Positions 37,857-51,475 of a stretch of 64,000 nucleotides of DNA are shown here, piece after piece. Each line of letters begins with the position of its first letter. The stretch's first letter is position 1. Position numbers and translations under genes: made by a program. Location of the stretch: the NCBI GenBank assembly GCA_051047955.1, contig JBPGPT010000021.1, positions 1 to 64,000 of the forward strand, given 5' to 3'. The notes under the pieces were generated by a model that saw only the letters and a list, made by a program, of their open reading frames with translations, did not search any database and was not told the DNA's origin. This DNA is from Cystobasidiomycetes sp. EMM_F5 (taxonomy: Eukaryota).

Positions 37857-40712
37857 CTATTCTGGTGCTAGTTGGCTTGCATCGAGCCCAAGGGAGTGCA
37901 AAAACACATTTACATTTCGGATCTTGGCAGCTGCGACGGCATCGCCGGCAGCGCCAGCTGCTTCTTTCGCCGCACTTCTCGCCTTCATCACGTTTTCCAA
38001 GACCTTTTCTCTAGCTTCAGTGACCAACGCTTGCTGCTGTGCCATATCGCTACTGACGGCCAGGGCCGCCAGGAAATGCCAAACGGGCTCGTCTTCGGCA
38101 TCCAGGATAGTTTCGTGTTGCATAGTATTGGCGAGGCCGGATGTGTATAAGCCTGGACCGAAAGGTATACTTCGCGTAGAAGGGAACAATGTGGGGAAGC
38201 GACCAGAAAGTCTGTTGACGAGATGATTGAAAGTCGCGCTCCATTGAGCAAGTTCGCTAGAGTCCGGTATCGGGTCCTCTGGTCTGGCCTTTTCTTCTGT
38301 CAATTCCTTCAGATGATGGCCGCGCGACACGAACAATGTCAAGAAAGCTAGCCCGGGCTATAGAGCGAATGCCGTCAGCCTATAGCTTAACACACGTGGA
38401 GTATCATACGGACCTTGGTCTTGGCCAATCGTACCGGATCATTGCGATCGATAAGCAATCCGAGCATGCCCGTAACGATTCTCAACGCTGCGCGTCCGAC
38501 AGTGCTGAGAACTAGCGGTATGGCTGCATTCAAGAAAAGCTCTGTTTCTGCTTCGACCTGCTTGCGGGTTCGACTGTTTACGGTCTTGAACGCGCCCGTC
38601 AGAAATGCCGGATCATTGGGATTGGTATCCAATATTGGTGCATCAGCTACGACATCAAGAGTATTGAAAGTTGCGACGATGAGCGTTAGGATTGTCAATG
38701 TCTGCTCGGGTGTGGTATGCCTCAAAACCCTGGGCAAAACCTTCTTGCCTTTTGTTGCCGACATCAAGGAAATGAAAGGATGTGGAGAAGATACGTCAAG
38801 GGGTTCCATAACTTTCAGACTCTTCCACATCTGATCCGCGAGCTGACGATACGATTGTTCGTGAGCTGCAAAGGCATCGCGAGCTTCTGTATATCCAGGC
38901 CCAGACACAGACTGGTCAAATCTTGCTTGCTCGTTGTGAGCAGCAGCGGCGAGAGCGGGCTGAGAGCGTCTTGACTGTTCAAGCTGGAGAACGAGATCAT
39001 AGACGTTCTCCAGGGCAGATAGAACCTGGATGCGATCCAAAGCTGCATGCGTGCCAGTGTTTCCGGTTGTAGTGCCTTGATTGAGGGACGCCGACAGCGA
39101 AGATGCAGCGGCTGACATCACCTCGCTGTCTGCCCGTTTACCGTCGACCTGTAAGAGCGGCCGAGGAGCTGACCGAGTTCTTATGGCAATCTTGCCCAGC
39201 GCTCCCTCCAAAGAAACTAGAGGCACACATGTGAGCTGTACCTCGACTCAACCCTGTAAGTTGACTTACTTTGCGTAGCCCTCGGCTTCTTCTTGGCATC
39301 ATCCACCAGTCGCTGCACTTGTTGGGCCATACGATTCATGGCATTGTCACGGCGCGTCGGTCTTTGCCTCTGATCATTTCGAGCCCGCTGTGACCCATTT
39401 TGCTGGTGAGGGGTATAGCCCGGTCCCAATGCGCTTGGTGCGCCCGCCTGATTCGCGCCGTTACCGCCGACTGCTTGTTGTATAGCTGCCAGTCTACTTT
39501 GCTTCAAAGACTGCATGACAACAAAGTAGAAGTCCTCAATGTATGGATCGTGTGTACCTCCTGGTCCTGACGAATTGACTAGTTGCGATACTTGTATGCG
39601 CGTGATGAAGTCTTTATCACCTTGGGTCATTAAACCATTATAGCGAGCCATGCGATGGATTTTGGCGGCTTTGCGTCGACGGGCGCTTTCTTGAGCCTCT
39701 GCCTCCTTGATGCGAGCTTCGATAGATTCTGACAAATTGGGGTCGCTACCTGTTATGACGGGCGGCTGATTAAACGACATGGCGGGAAAGAGCGACGCCA
39801 AAGGGTCCGCCGCTCGGGGAGCTGGTGCCTGCTGAAGCGTCTGAGTAAGAGACTGTAATCGGGCTTGGGCGTCCCGCATCATCTCGGCTTCAATTTCTTC
39901 AAGTGTCTTGTGGCGTATGTCGGGTATTGTTGCTTGCTGTAGAGACGGTCCAGCAGGGTTTCTCGGTAATTGTGGACCTGGTACGGGTTGCTGCACCGGC
40001 CGGGATGCCATATGCCGAGCGGTCATCTCAGCTTCTATCTCCTCGAGGGTCCTAACACGACCTTCAGTCGGTCTATGAGGAGCAACAGGCTGTGAAGATG
40101 AGGGCAGCCGACTTGAAGCCTCTTCCTTAGACGAAAGAGTTTGTCTACTAGTCTGCGCATTGCCAAACGCCTGTTGTTGAGCTGGGCGAACTGGTCCAAG
40201 CAGCGGGTCTGCAAAGGCATCGAAAGACGCAAATCCGAAGGGCGAAGGTGCTCCTTTAACGGCAGCTTTCTTTGCAGTGGGTGGGATCGCCGAAGGGCCT
40301 CCAGAGCTTGTCGAGGGTGGGGCTCCAAATGCCTGATTGGATCCACTAAAGTCGAAGTCCTTGCCTACAACGCAAGTATCTGTCGTCAGAATAGCGGCCA
40401 AAATCCAGACGTCACTGCCTATGACTCTACACACCAACAGGGCCTGCGCCAAAGGTATCGTCGTTGAACTCATCGAGCGTCTCTTCCAGACCACCACCTA
40501 GACCGCCGTTCCCTAGCAGGCCATCTGAGGCCTCGAAGTCGTAGATTTCGCTGGCAGACGGAGAGCCAGAACGTATTTGGGAAGTCAGCTCATTGGAAGG
40601 GATAGCTAATTTGGGGGCATCCCTACAGATTCTCGTCTTGTTCGGCCATCCGCCTGAGACGCTCGTCCAGCGTTTCGCCAGGCATGCTGGTGTCGAATCC
40701 GAAGAACGACAT
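37857..40712 (-). CDS. PAT1: mRNA decay factor Pat1
   Basis: MSFFGFD start; EFNDDTFG; RYNGLMTQGDKDFITRIQVSQL; DPYIEDFYF; LEGALGKI..PRPLL; HPFISLMSATKGKKVLPR; VWHFLAALAV; NVNVFLHSLGLD. Confidence 0.95.
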
Positions 40713-41022
40713 AGCAGCCGAGTGCGCCAGCGAGAACGCGAGTCTGGCTTTTGCAGGCCTAAGCTTCTGAGGTATGCAAATACGTCAAGTCTGTAGAAAG
40801 TTGATACAAAAAGCGCCACTTTGGTGCGGACCCGCAAAGCAGCTGGGAAGGCCATGAGCGCGCAAAGACCATGAGACGACGAAATGTAGCAACAGGATCC
40901 AGCACAGACTCCATTGCAACTATCTTACTATCCGAAAGCCAGGTCGAACTAAACTGACCTTCTGCCCACACATCCTTCAAGAGACCTTACGAGAGACAGT
41001 GATGTCAGATCCGCAACCTCAA

Positions 41023-41544
41023 CTAATCGAGTCCTGCACAATCAGTTTGAGCTGAAACAGTCTTTGGTGGTCCGATAGACCAGCTCATCGGGACAGGCGC
41101 AGTATTGGCATTGCTTGCAGGGACGGTAAATTTGCAGTCTGCCGAGTATATTGGCTTGGAAGACCTGCTCCCTTCGCCAAGTGCGTCGAATGCTTCGATC
41201 ACACACGCTTCCAAGTATATCTGCAAGTCCCACGCGGATACACTGACGTCGATGTCGCCGTCGTTCATTCTTTGGATGAGTAGACAAGGTCAGGGCGATG
41301 GGTGGTGACGAAAGGTGTTCCTGGGAGACTCACATAACAGCTGTACACATATTGCAATCGCGAGTTGTTTTGGGCGTGAATGGGTGTGGATAGTAATGGC
41401 CGGCAGGCACGGTATAAGCTGACTGGGTTTTGGGTATGTCTATTCCTATGCAAGACGCCTGCACTCGTACTTAACGTCAGCAAGGGCTTGGATGCGTTCA
41501 TTGCAGCGTACCAAAGTTGGAGCCTGTTCACCAGATGGCGCTGT
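41023..41544 (-). CDS. Hypothetical small cysteine-rich (6 Cys) protein, probably secreted; 5' exon unresolved (likely extends to about 41770)
   Basis: Three exons (41512-41544, 41334-41458, 41023-41269) joined by canonical introns of 53 nt (GTACGC..GCTGAC..CAG) and 64 nt (GTGAGT..CTGAC..AAG) give one open frame. Confidence 0.55.
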
Positions 41545-42240
41545 CTGTGAATTCGTAAACGCATTTAGCCTACTTCTTGGCGCTCCCTCCGCTGGTAAAC
41601 ATTGCCTTACACTCAGTGCACGCGTGCTGACTGTGATCCCCATACCGGCAGAAAGTACGATAGAGGTATGACGATGATGACGAAAGAGACTGCCGCACAC
41701 CCGGTACCTTGATTCTGGGACAATTGCTGAGCGACTGTAGCTGAAAGTCGTCCGTGAGGCGACCACATATTCAGATATACTACACTGCTGATTCGCTTTC
41801 TTTGCATTGCCTCGTCGTCGGGGAAATGGGCCGTTGACCTTAGTGGTTAGGGACTGCGACCGAAACTTCAAAGGGTCGAGCACGATAACGCGTCAGCTTA
41901 TCCCGTCTATCTGCCGTCGAGGCCGTGGCCCGTTTTCAGGCATGTCAAAGCGGATGTCGGGCGGGCAGCGTGCTTCAACAACGCATTTGTCCCGCAAAGC
42001 ATTAGCGTTAGTTTCTGATATACAAAATTTATAGTGAGTTCAGATATTCAACAGTCAGCCTTTTGAGCTTTTCGTAAACTGCCTTACTTTTGAGTCAGCT
42101 GGTAAAAGACGAAAGCCGTGACTAATTTTCGAGAAGCTGGTTTGTGGCGTCCGTCGGCTGTGGCGGCCAAGTCAGTATCCGCCAGAATGATGACCGTCTG
42201 CAGTTTTTACTTGCAACAAACTCCTGAACTAACGTCTGCA

Positions 42241-45200
42241 ATGCTCGAACATGCTGCAAACCGTCCGGACGGCCTCAGCGTAGCGATAGCTGCCGTCACT
42301 GCAGATTTCGCCCAGCGAGGCCGATCTGGTGCTCGACGTGGTGCAGGCAGACGACAAGCGAGGCCTGAAGATACGGCGGATGCTAGTGTTGCACGCAATG
42401 CGCCTCAAGCTAATGGGACATCGAACCGTGGACAGAATCATCGACGGCAGCGTGGTCGAGGCCGCGGTGCGTACGGTCCAACGACGTCAGCGTCGGCTTC
42501 AGAAAATGAAGCCAGTACTGGCAACAGTCCGAGAGCCGTGGTAGACCTACCTGCTCCGGCTACTCAGGTCTCGCAGACGCAAACAAACCATCGCCCAGTG
42601 CCCGAAAACCATGCGCGCCGCTTTCGCTCGCAACTTTCACAATTAGATCCTACTGCACCAAGCTTTTCATCTTCCAATCCAGTAGCGAGCTCATCCTCGC
42701 ACATACATAAACAGATTCTTCTTTCGGCCGAAGAGCTAGGCAAGCTTTCCTACAGAGAAAGGCTTGTCGCGCAGCTCAACAGCAACAGCATCGATTGTCC
42801 AATTTGTATAAACAATATACAACGCAAGCAGCCTATAGCGTCATGTCAGACGTGCTCTGCACCATATCATCTAAAGTGCCTGCGCGACTGGGCAGAACGA
42901 TCAATAGCTAGCGTCAAGGAGAAGGCAGCCTTTCTACAACAACAACCTGGAGTGCAAATCCGTGCCAACTGGAGGTGTCCAAGCTGTCAGCATCAGTACA
43001 GCGAACATGAGGTGCCAAGAAATTATTGGTGCTTCTGCGGGCGCATCAAAGAACCGAGACCGTCTACACTCGAAGCAGCTCACTCCTGCGGTAGTCCGTG
43101 TGCAAGAGAACGGCCTGAAGGATGCAAGCATGCGTATGTAATCGTTATTCAACTCGATTGCCTGATGACATGCTGATTAACGATTTTATGGCTCTCAGTT
43201 GCACACTGCTATGCCATCCAGCAAATTGCGATCCTTGCCCCATCGTGCTCCGAATGCGGTGCTATTGTGACAAGGAGGAGAAGGCCGTCACCTGTGGGGC
43301 CTTGCATCCCGCGAAAGGTACAGCGAACAAGATCAACTTGGACACCTTTCTCAGCTGTGCTAAACCGTGTAACAAGCTGCTCAGTTGCGGTATACATCGC
43401 TGCGAGAAGCCGTGTCATGCTGGCGACTGCAATGCCTGCGACGTCATCAGAGACAAGGCATGTTACTGTGGTTCAGTCACAAAGTCGGAAATCTGTGGTG
43501 ACGCGACCAATACGCCGAAACGGCAGCAGTGCGCGTCTTTCGACGATAAGAGCTGGGAGGGCGAATTCTCCTGCGGTGCTCCATGTGATCGACAGTACGA
43601 TTGTGGGATCCATACTGAAAATCAGCTCGAGCATACCGTCTGTCACCCGCATTCGACAGCTCAGCCATTGCAATGTCCGAGATCGCCAATGTTAGTCACT
43701 ACATGCGGTTGCGGTAAAGTTTTCCTCGGAGACATGGCTGGCGTGCCTCGTACCAAGTGTACGGATCGCATACCCAGCTGTCAAGCGATATGTGATCGTG
43801 TCTTTCCCGCTTGCGGGCACACCTGCAACAGGACATGCCACGAAGATGAATGCGGTGACTGTCATCAAAGTATTACGGTTGTCTGCAGGTGTGGCAACGA
43901 GAAGCGAACGATGGAGTGCTGTCAACAGCAGCAACAAGGAGAAGCCGAGTTGCTGTGTGACCGGACTTGCAAAGCACTTCGGGCATGTGGTCGACATGAA
44001 TGCATGCGAAAATGCTGTCCGCTGGCATATCAAGAGGGAACGCAGAAAGCTCGGCGGAGAGCTCTTCCTTCAGAAGAAGGGGATCCACTAGGGTTCCACA
44101 TCTGTGATCGAGTGTGCGGCAAGATGCTCAATTGCGGCAATCATAGATGTCAGCAACCGGACCACAAAGGCAAATGTCCGCCGTGTCTGCAAAGTTCATT
44201 TGAGGAGATTTCATGTCACTGCGGGTGCGTTTATTCCTATTTCTTACAAATAATGGTATCCTAAACATCCCGATTTGCAGTTCGACCGTACTGATCCCGC
44301 CTGTTCCGTGCTCGACACGTATACATTGCAACCAGCCCTGCAATCGACCCAATCCTCCTTGTGGACACCCAAAGGCCCCTCATACCTGTCATGAGGATGA
44401 CGAGATATGCCCGCCCTGTCCATTCCTTACCACCAAGATCTGCCAATGCCATCGACAACTCGAGGTTAAGAATGTCAGATGTAGCCAAGCCAATGTCAGC
44501 TGCGGCAAGCCTTGTGGCGCGCTACTAGCGTGCGGCTTTCATCGATGCAGGAAGATCTGCCATTCCGATCCCGAACACGAGGAGTGCACTCAGACGTGCG
44601 GAAAACTGCGGAATTTCTGCGGTCATCCTTGCCAGGATAGGTGTCACGCTCCGTCGAAATGCACAGTCTCCGAGCCTTGTCCGGAACTAGTGGAGGCAAC
44701 GTGTCCGTGCGGGCATGTTCGACAACGTACAAGATGTGGAGCCTGTATGGAAAAGCAAGAGTCGAATGAGGGCCCAAAGCTCGCATGTACCGCTGCGTGC
44801 ACAGTGGCTCAGCGCAATGCTACATTGGCAGAGGCACTTGGTATCAGCCGCGAGAAAGCCAGTGTAGCAGGTACTCAAGAAGCACAGTGGGAGCCAGAGA
44901 CTCTCCACTATTTCGGAGATAACCTTGCGTGGGCAAAACAGATCGAGCAGGTTCTTACCGATCTCCTTACCTCGACAAGAACGACGCACATGTTCCCAGC
45001 GATGAAGCAGCCGCAGCGTCAATTTGTGCATGATGTGGCAGAAAATTACCATCTGCGCGCGGAGTCGCTTGACGAGGAGCCGTTCCGCAGCGTTCTCGTC
45101 ACCAAAAAGGGGGACTCAGCAGCCCCGAGGCCTTCCCTTACCGAAGCATGGGCGGCACAATATCGAGCGGAACATGCTCCCGCAGGCAAGCGAACTTTGG

Positions 45201-45889
45201 CCAGCACGACCCTGACAGCATCTACTGTACCTGCTGTGCCGCCTCCAAAGCAAGAGCTGAACTCCCTATACATCGAGCAATGCTTCGGGTATGACGAGCA
45301 ATCGCTGAAGGAGGTTCTCACACCATTCCTACAAGGGTTGTACTTCGAATTGAAATGGCTCGTGAGTCGCATGGTCGGCTAGAGTTGCCCTAATTCTGAT
45401 AGTTCTGCTTGACAGAACGACGAGGACGTTCTATGCATACCCCGGCTATCACTAACATCGTCCGAACGTACTCTGAAGATACGCCTTCTTCGTAATGCGA
45501 TGCGTGGCAGGATACAATCTTGCAAAAGCGTCGAGGCAGCTCTGTACGATGCCGAGTCGAATGCAGTGACGCACAGAGAAAAATCATGGTCGTCTGTGCC
45601 AGCGACCTCGACTAACGCAACATCTGTGGCTAATAGGTGGCTGTCTGGTTCGACGCCTTCCGGTCTCAGTAATTCGTTCGCCAGCCTGTCGACATCGGAC
45701 AATTCTAAGCATTTGCATCCGCGCCTGACCTCCCGTCCGGCTTCACCTGCATCGTTAACTGGTTCTGTGGGTTCTTCCAGAGAAGTGGAGGTGCTCACCA
45801 ATGGCTTGCATCGGCCACCATCGGCCGTTATCATATCGGATGCCCGTCATTCGGGACCAGTTGCCGAAAATTGGGACGATGAAGATTGA
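42241..45889 (+). CDS. FAP1: NF-X1/FAP1-like protein: RING/PHD, multiple NF-X1 zinc fingers, R3H
   Basis: CPICINNI..SCQTCSAPYHLKCLRDWA..WRCPSC; repeated CGxHxCxxxCHxGxC; R3H FPAMKQPQRQFVHDVAENYHLRAESLDEEPFRSV. Start uncertain. Confidence 0.92.
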
Positions 45890-46106
45890 TATTAGACCGT
45901 TTGTCATAGTCTAAATTGTTGTCCGCAAGTCCATCACTGTATCGTAAAGCCCCGCCTGTGACTGTTGACTTCGCTGGCGCAGTCTACTTGACGTGAGCGA
46001 GTTGGTACCTGACCGTCCTGACGACAACTCGGCTTCGGCTTCGGTAGCATCTCGTCTGCATGTCCAATTGTGCAATCATTACTGCTCAACGTCTTCTTCT
46101 TGTCGT

Positions 46107-47198
46107 ATGCCCCTCAGATCATCCGTGCGAGCCGCGTCTGTTCTCTCCAAATCTTGGTCGCGCAATATTATGACAACATCCATCGCCCAAATTCCGACAA
46201 TTACGGAGATGTATGCTAACAGACAGCTGGATTCGTCGAGTAAACCCGTTTTCAAGCCAGTTGCGATTATCAACGATAGGGTTTCGATATGGTGCGCGAA
46301 AGACGGCTTCGGCGGACTGGTCAACTGTGACGCTGACACATCCTGCTGTATGAGCCCATAGGCGCGGCGATATCACGATTTTACAAGTTGACGGTGTCCG
46401 TGAGTCAGCTTGCCTATCGATTAGCCCCTTAGCGGGTGCTATACCTGTCGCCTCGGTCTACTGACACCGCGAAATCTGACGTGTATAGAGAACGCTGCAA
46501 ATGATAGGCTCCGTGGTGGCGGTGGGATAGACGGAGTCGGTCAATAGCGTGAATTTACTCGTGCGGGACTGATGCATTCTCTCCAGGCAATTCATGATGC
46601 GGCAGGGGATGGACTGTATGATGCATGCCGTAAGCTAAACGGATGCGAGACTGGACAGACCAAAATTACGCCAGGTGTGGTTCTCCTCTCCTTGTGTGGC
46701 GCAGATATGTCTAACTTTGTACAAGGCTTCAATCTGCCAGCAAAGTATATTCTACACACCGTCGGCCCAATCTATAGGCGATACAAGCCAGACAAGGCCG
46801 CAGAGCTGTTGACCAGTTGCTATCGTACAACACTTCAAGTAGCTATCGATAATGACATAAAAAGTATCGCTCTTTGTGGAGTATCAACTGGAGTCTATGG
46901 CTATCCGCTTGACGCGGCAACGCACATTGCTCTAAATACAACGCGGGAGGTACTGCAGGACAACCCAGACAAGGTGAGCGAAGAGCGAATAACAGACTGA
47001 GGCGCTGCGAAGGGACTGAATGGTCATGTACACAGTTGGACCGCGTCATCTTCTGCTGTTTCGGCGAGAATGCCGAACGCGAGTATCTCGATCTTGCCGT
47101 GAGTTTGACGCCAATGCTTCTTCAGAGCAGAATTGCTGCTGACTTTATACTAGCCAATCTACTTCCCGCCGAGAGTGGAAGCCGAAGAACGAACATAG
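46107..47198 (+). CDS. Macrodomain ADP-ribose hydrolase (MacroD/YmdB-type)
   Basis: VSIW|RGDIT..DGVQNAANDRLRGGGGIDG|AIHDAAG, GQTKITP|GFNLPAKYILHTVGPIY, SIALCGVSTGVYGYP, DRVIFCCF. Confidence 0.92.
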
Positions 47199-47368
47199 AG
47201 ATCTTTACGCGGGGCCATCGTCCAGCAATACGGACATTTCGGGCACAACATAAAAGATGCAGAAGATCACATTGACAGTGCTGAGTGTCATGCTGTACTG
47301 AATGCAGTAAACTACGAAGAAATTTGCTGTTCCTGAAAAAACGAAAGGCTATGTTTAACGTGGCTGCA

Positions 47369-49407
47369 TCAATCTGTAACAATCTGCCGTCTTGCGCCCC
47401 TGATAGCAGAGTCGAGCGAAATATCGATAGAATCGGAATCGATAAAACTGCGTATCGTTTCCTTTAGGCCATCCTTTACTTGCCAACGGGGTTCCCAGCC
47501 CAGAACTTCCTTTGCTCGAGCTGTGTCTGCTTGTCGCCGAGGAGGGTCATCTTCTGGCATTGGCTTGAACACGAGCGTTGAACGTTGACGTGTCTTCAAC
47601 GCGTTCGTATCCCCGCCGCTCAGCTCAAGCAGAACCTCGTCTACGAGTTGGATGATCAGCTCCGCCCAGGAACGGATCGTCCCTTCGTACGGCGATCCGA
47701 TATTGACTGGCTCGGTATAGTCGCTGTTCATAAGTAGGATCAGTCCGCTGTGGTCAAGTACGATCAGCCAAATCAATACTAATATATCTGGTTACGCTCA
47801 ATCCATTGTGCTCACTCTACGAGATCGTGGACAAAGAGAAGAGAACGGGTTTGCGAGCCGTCTCCGTATATCTGTCGACGGTAATCGATCATGCATTAGC
47901 AAGCACAAACGTTTGATGCAGATGTAGCTCACCGTGATATCATCACCTCTGAGAGCCTGCAGAATAAAGTTGCTTACGACTCGCCCATCGCCTGGTGTCA
48001 TACGAGGACCGAAAGAGTTGAATATACGAGCGACGCGTACATCGACACCATCTTGACGGAGATAGCCAAACGCCAGAGCTTCAGCTACGCGCTTTCCCTC
48101 GTCATAGCACGCTCGCGGCCCAATAGGGTTCACATTGCCCCAGTAGGTCTCTGGCTGTGGATGAACAGTGGGAGAACCATACACTTCCGACGTGCTGCTG
48201 AGCAGAAATCTGGCCTTGGTTCTCTTAGCTAGACCGAGCATATTGAGCGTTCCTAGGAAATTGGTCTTCATCGTCTTGATTTGATTGTACTGGTACGCTC
48301 TCGGGCTGGCTGGGCAGGCGAGGTGATATATCATATCGCATTCGATATGAAACGGAAGCGTCACATCGTGCCTGACCAGCTCGAAATGTGGATGCCCGAC
48401 CCAGTGCGATACTGCAGTTTTCGCTCCGGAAAAGAAATTGTCGAGAACAGTTACTTCATGCCCGAGAAACATTAGTCGGTCTACGAGGTGTGACCCAACA
48501 AAGCCTGCTCCACCAGTCACGAGAATACGCTTTCGTTTGCTACTGGTCAATAACCGGACGGGAGGATATTGGTGGGAGGGAGTATACGACATCCATTCTT
48601 GTCGAGCCAGACTGCCGTTGGTGCCAGGGGGCTCTGAGAGGTATGTAGGGCCGTATTCAGTCGCAACGGCGTGTCGAATCGGCTCATCTGGGCGAGTGGT
48701 GAGGCCATTGATTTGACGAGTGATGGCCGACCCATCTGCAATCGAGCTCCTCCGACTACTTGCATTGCTCGGTTCTGTCGACGCACTACTCTCGTCAACG
48801 TACAAGTCCTTGAGGGCCTCTTCGACTGATGCGCGTCTCTGAAACGATCCGACAAACGGGATTCGCATAGAACCCGGGCTAATGACTATTTCTGGGAGTT
48901 TGTCGTTGGATTCGCTTGCTGTGTTTTCTTTCTCGGGGGCGACAGCGGTACGAGGCGAAGGTGCATCTTGGACGGGGCGGCTAGATACTGGATTGTCATA
49001 AGACGCAGTCTGTCCATTGGCTCTGATGGTACTATTCAATGCATTGTTTGCCACTCGGGTGTTCGTCTGCAGTTGATGGGCATTGAGGTAGACCTGCTGG
49101 AGCATTTCAAGGGGGACGGTGTGTTCTGTCATGAGGGGAGACTGGAGTTCGCTGTAATCGCCCTGGCCGAAGAACGCATGTGTGTCGTAGGGAATTCTGG
49201 GGGCGTGTAGGATATTGTGCGCCATGGCGTATGTATGATTGATGAGGAAGTGCAGGAGTATTGCTCAGCGGAATAACGCAGCAAGCAGGCAATCCATACA
49301 TCCTGGCCATTTACGCACCTTGGGGACGACTCCATTGACGGCTTTGAGCCGTACAATGACCGGGACCGGCCTGGGAGGACATTGGAAGACGAGGCCATGC
49401 TGGACAT
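47369..49407 (-). CDS. UXS1: UDP-glucuronate decarboxylase (UDP-xylose synthase)
   Basis: [59 protein letters not shown]. An upstream exon (ATG 49407, CCAAG|GTGCGT..CAG|AATT) joins in frame. Confidence 0.96.
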
Positions 49408-49716
49408 TGGCAATACCGTACAGCCTTCAGAGTAAAGGAAAGAGGCAAGCTCAAGTTTGGCAGTAGAGCAGAGGTGCAGCCATTCGGGGCAGCGACGAGG
49501 TGAAAAGATAAACGGCTGTAGGATTGATCCGAGCTAAGTATCGACGGATAATCAGACTGAGGTGAACGCGTCCATCTACATTAACAAGTCGTTGTCTTCC
49601 AATTAGAGATCCATTAAATGCAGCATTAGAAGCGACAACACTTTACGCGCGAAAAAGGCACGCCGAGTAATAATTTGTATCGACTGCTTTGCAACCCAGC
49701 CCACTCTGCACACACC

Positions 49717-51217
49717 ATGTCGGCCTTTGCTCGCGGTCACCGTCCATCGCAGTCGTCCGTCTCGTCGCTCGCCTGGCCGCTGTCGCCAGCCTTGACGCTC
49801 CGGCTGCAGGGCACCTTTCTGCTGGGCGGGCTCACCGACAGCCTGCAGTACAAGCGGACTATCGAGGCAGTCAAGGGCAGCCCGCACATCCAGGCTAGCC
49901 TCACAAAGTGCTCGCTCCTCCAGATATTCATACTCGTCTGCGTTTTGCTCGTCGACTGGCTCGTTCTCCCGGCGTGGACCAGAGGAGCAGGCAAAGATGC
50001 AGCGAGAGTGGATCCCGAGCGAGCCCGCTTCTACTTTCAGGTGAGGGGTATTGCAGTCGCAACCGTGTCTCGGAGCTTTGACGCTGATTTCGTTCGATTT
50101 GATGCCGCAGCTGTTCTGGCTCTACCCTCTGCTCGGCCTCAGCTTTCTTCTATCAGGCTCCTTCTTCTCAAACGTCGCTCAGCGCGCTGGATCGGCTGAT
50201 GTGCCCCCGTCAACCGTCTCCGGCAAGAATCGGGGATCGTCCTCATCATCCACCCAACACCGGTCATCACTCCTCTCCCGAACTCTGATTATTGCCGTCT
50301 ATCTACTCATCTCAGCAGTCCTGTCTCGGATACCCTTCATCGGACCACCCCTCTCCTTCCTCTACCTCTCAATCATATCGAGCTACTACACCTGGGAGTA
50401 CCGCTTCATGGCGTCGTTTGGCTTGCACGCTCTGAGAGACCGTGTACGCTACCTCGAAGAACGATGGGTATACTTTTTGGGCTTTGGTATGCCGTCAACC
50501 ATCCTGTCGACATTCATCTTTTCTTCCCAAACACTCAATCTCACAATATGGTCACTCACTTTTCCTCTCTTCCTGCTCATGGCCGCACATTCAGATCCAC
50601 TCCCCTTTGATGCGGCCAAACCTGCAAAGTCCCACGACCTGCCAGGTCAGGAAGTCAGTCGGGGAACGACAAAGTACGCAATGGCAAATCTAAACCCCGA
50701 AGCAAGACTGCCGGAATGGTGGCCGGCAAGGGTACCAGTCCTGTACCTCGCTGTCCTGGTCGACGATGTGCTGTCAGGCTTTATCGGCTCATTCATGCGG
50801 ACATCCTCCTCTTCCGGTCCAAAAAAGTCGGCAGAAGGGTACAGTTCGAGCTATCCATCACAAACCTACAATGGCGCAGCATATCCATCCAGCTACAACC
50901 ACGCAAATGGTGACGCCTACTCTCAGAGGAGAGACGCGTACAACAAGACGAATCCTCTACAGTCTGGGTTTGGCATTGTGACTTCTGCTCCGCAGCCAGT
51001 CGGTAGGCAACCTACGACGGGCTTTGCAAGGCAGGCAGATACATACTTTGGCAACCTCGCTTCTGGAAAACAGACGAGCAGTGGCGGCGGACCAACATCG
51101 CCGAGACTAGACAGTGGGTGGGGTGTAGGTAATGCAGCTGGCGTGGCAGTAAGAAGGGAGATGCAAAGTGGGGCAGACGGTGTACAGAATCGGAAAAGGA
51201 CAGGCGCGAATAGCTGA
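49717..51217 (+). CDS. EI24 (etoposide-induced protein 2.4)-domain membrane protein
   Basis: FQ|LFWLYPL, IPFIGPPLSFLYLSIISSYYTWEY, RVRYLEERWVYFLGFGMP, FPLFLLMA: typical EI24 pattern with several TM segments. Confidence 0.85.
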
Positions 51218-51475
51218 TCAGCGCGTGCAGTATCGTAGAATAGCACGATAGTGGACCCGACTCGGTCGTCTCGGCCTCAGTCCCAGAGAATGACTTGCGT
51301 GTATGATTAGCAACGACTATCAAACGAGAAAAGTTACGAAGCTGAGTACGCGGATTGATGGAACTTTGCCGCGAATCGGAATCCGCTGCATTTGTATTAC
51401 GCAATGCCTATTATCAGAGAAGTATAACAACAGATTACTAAAATTATCTTGGCAAGCGCACTCCGAGCCCATGAA

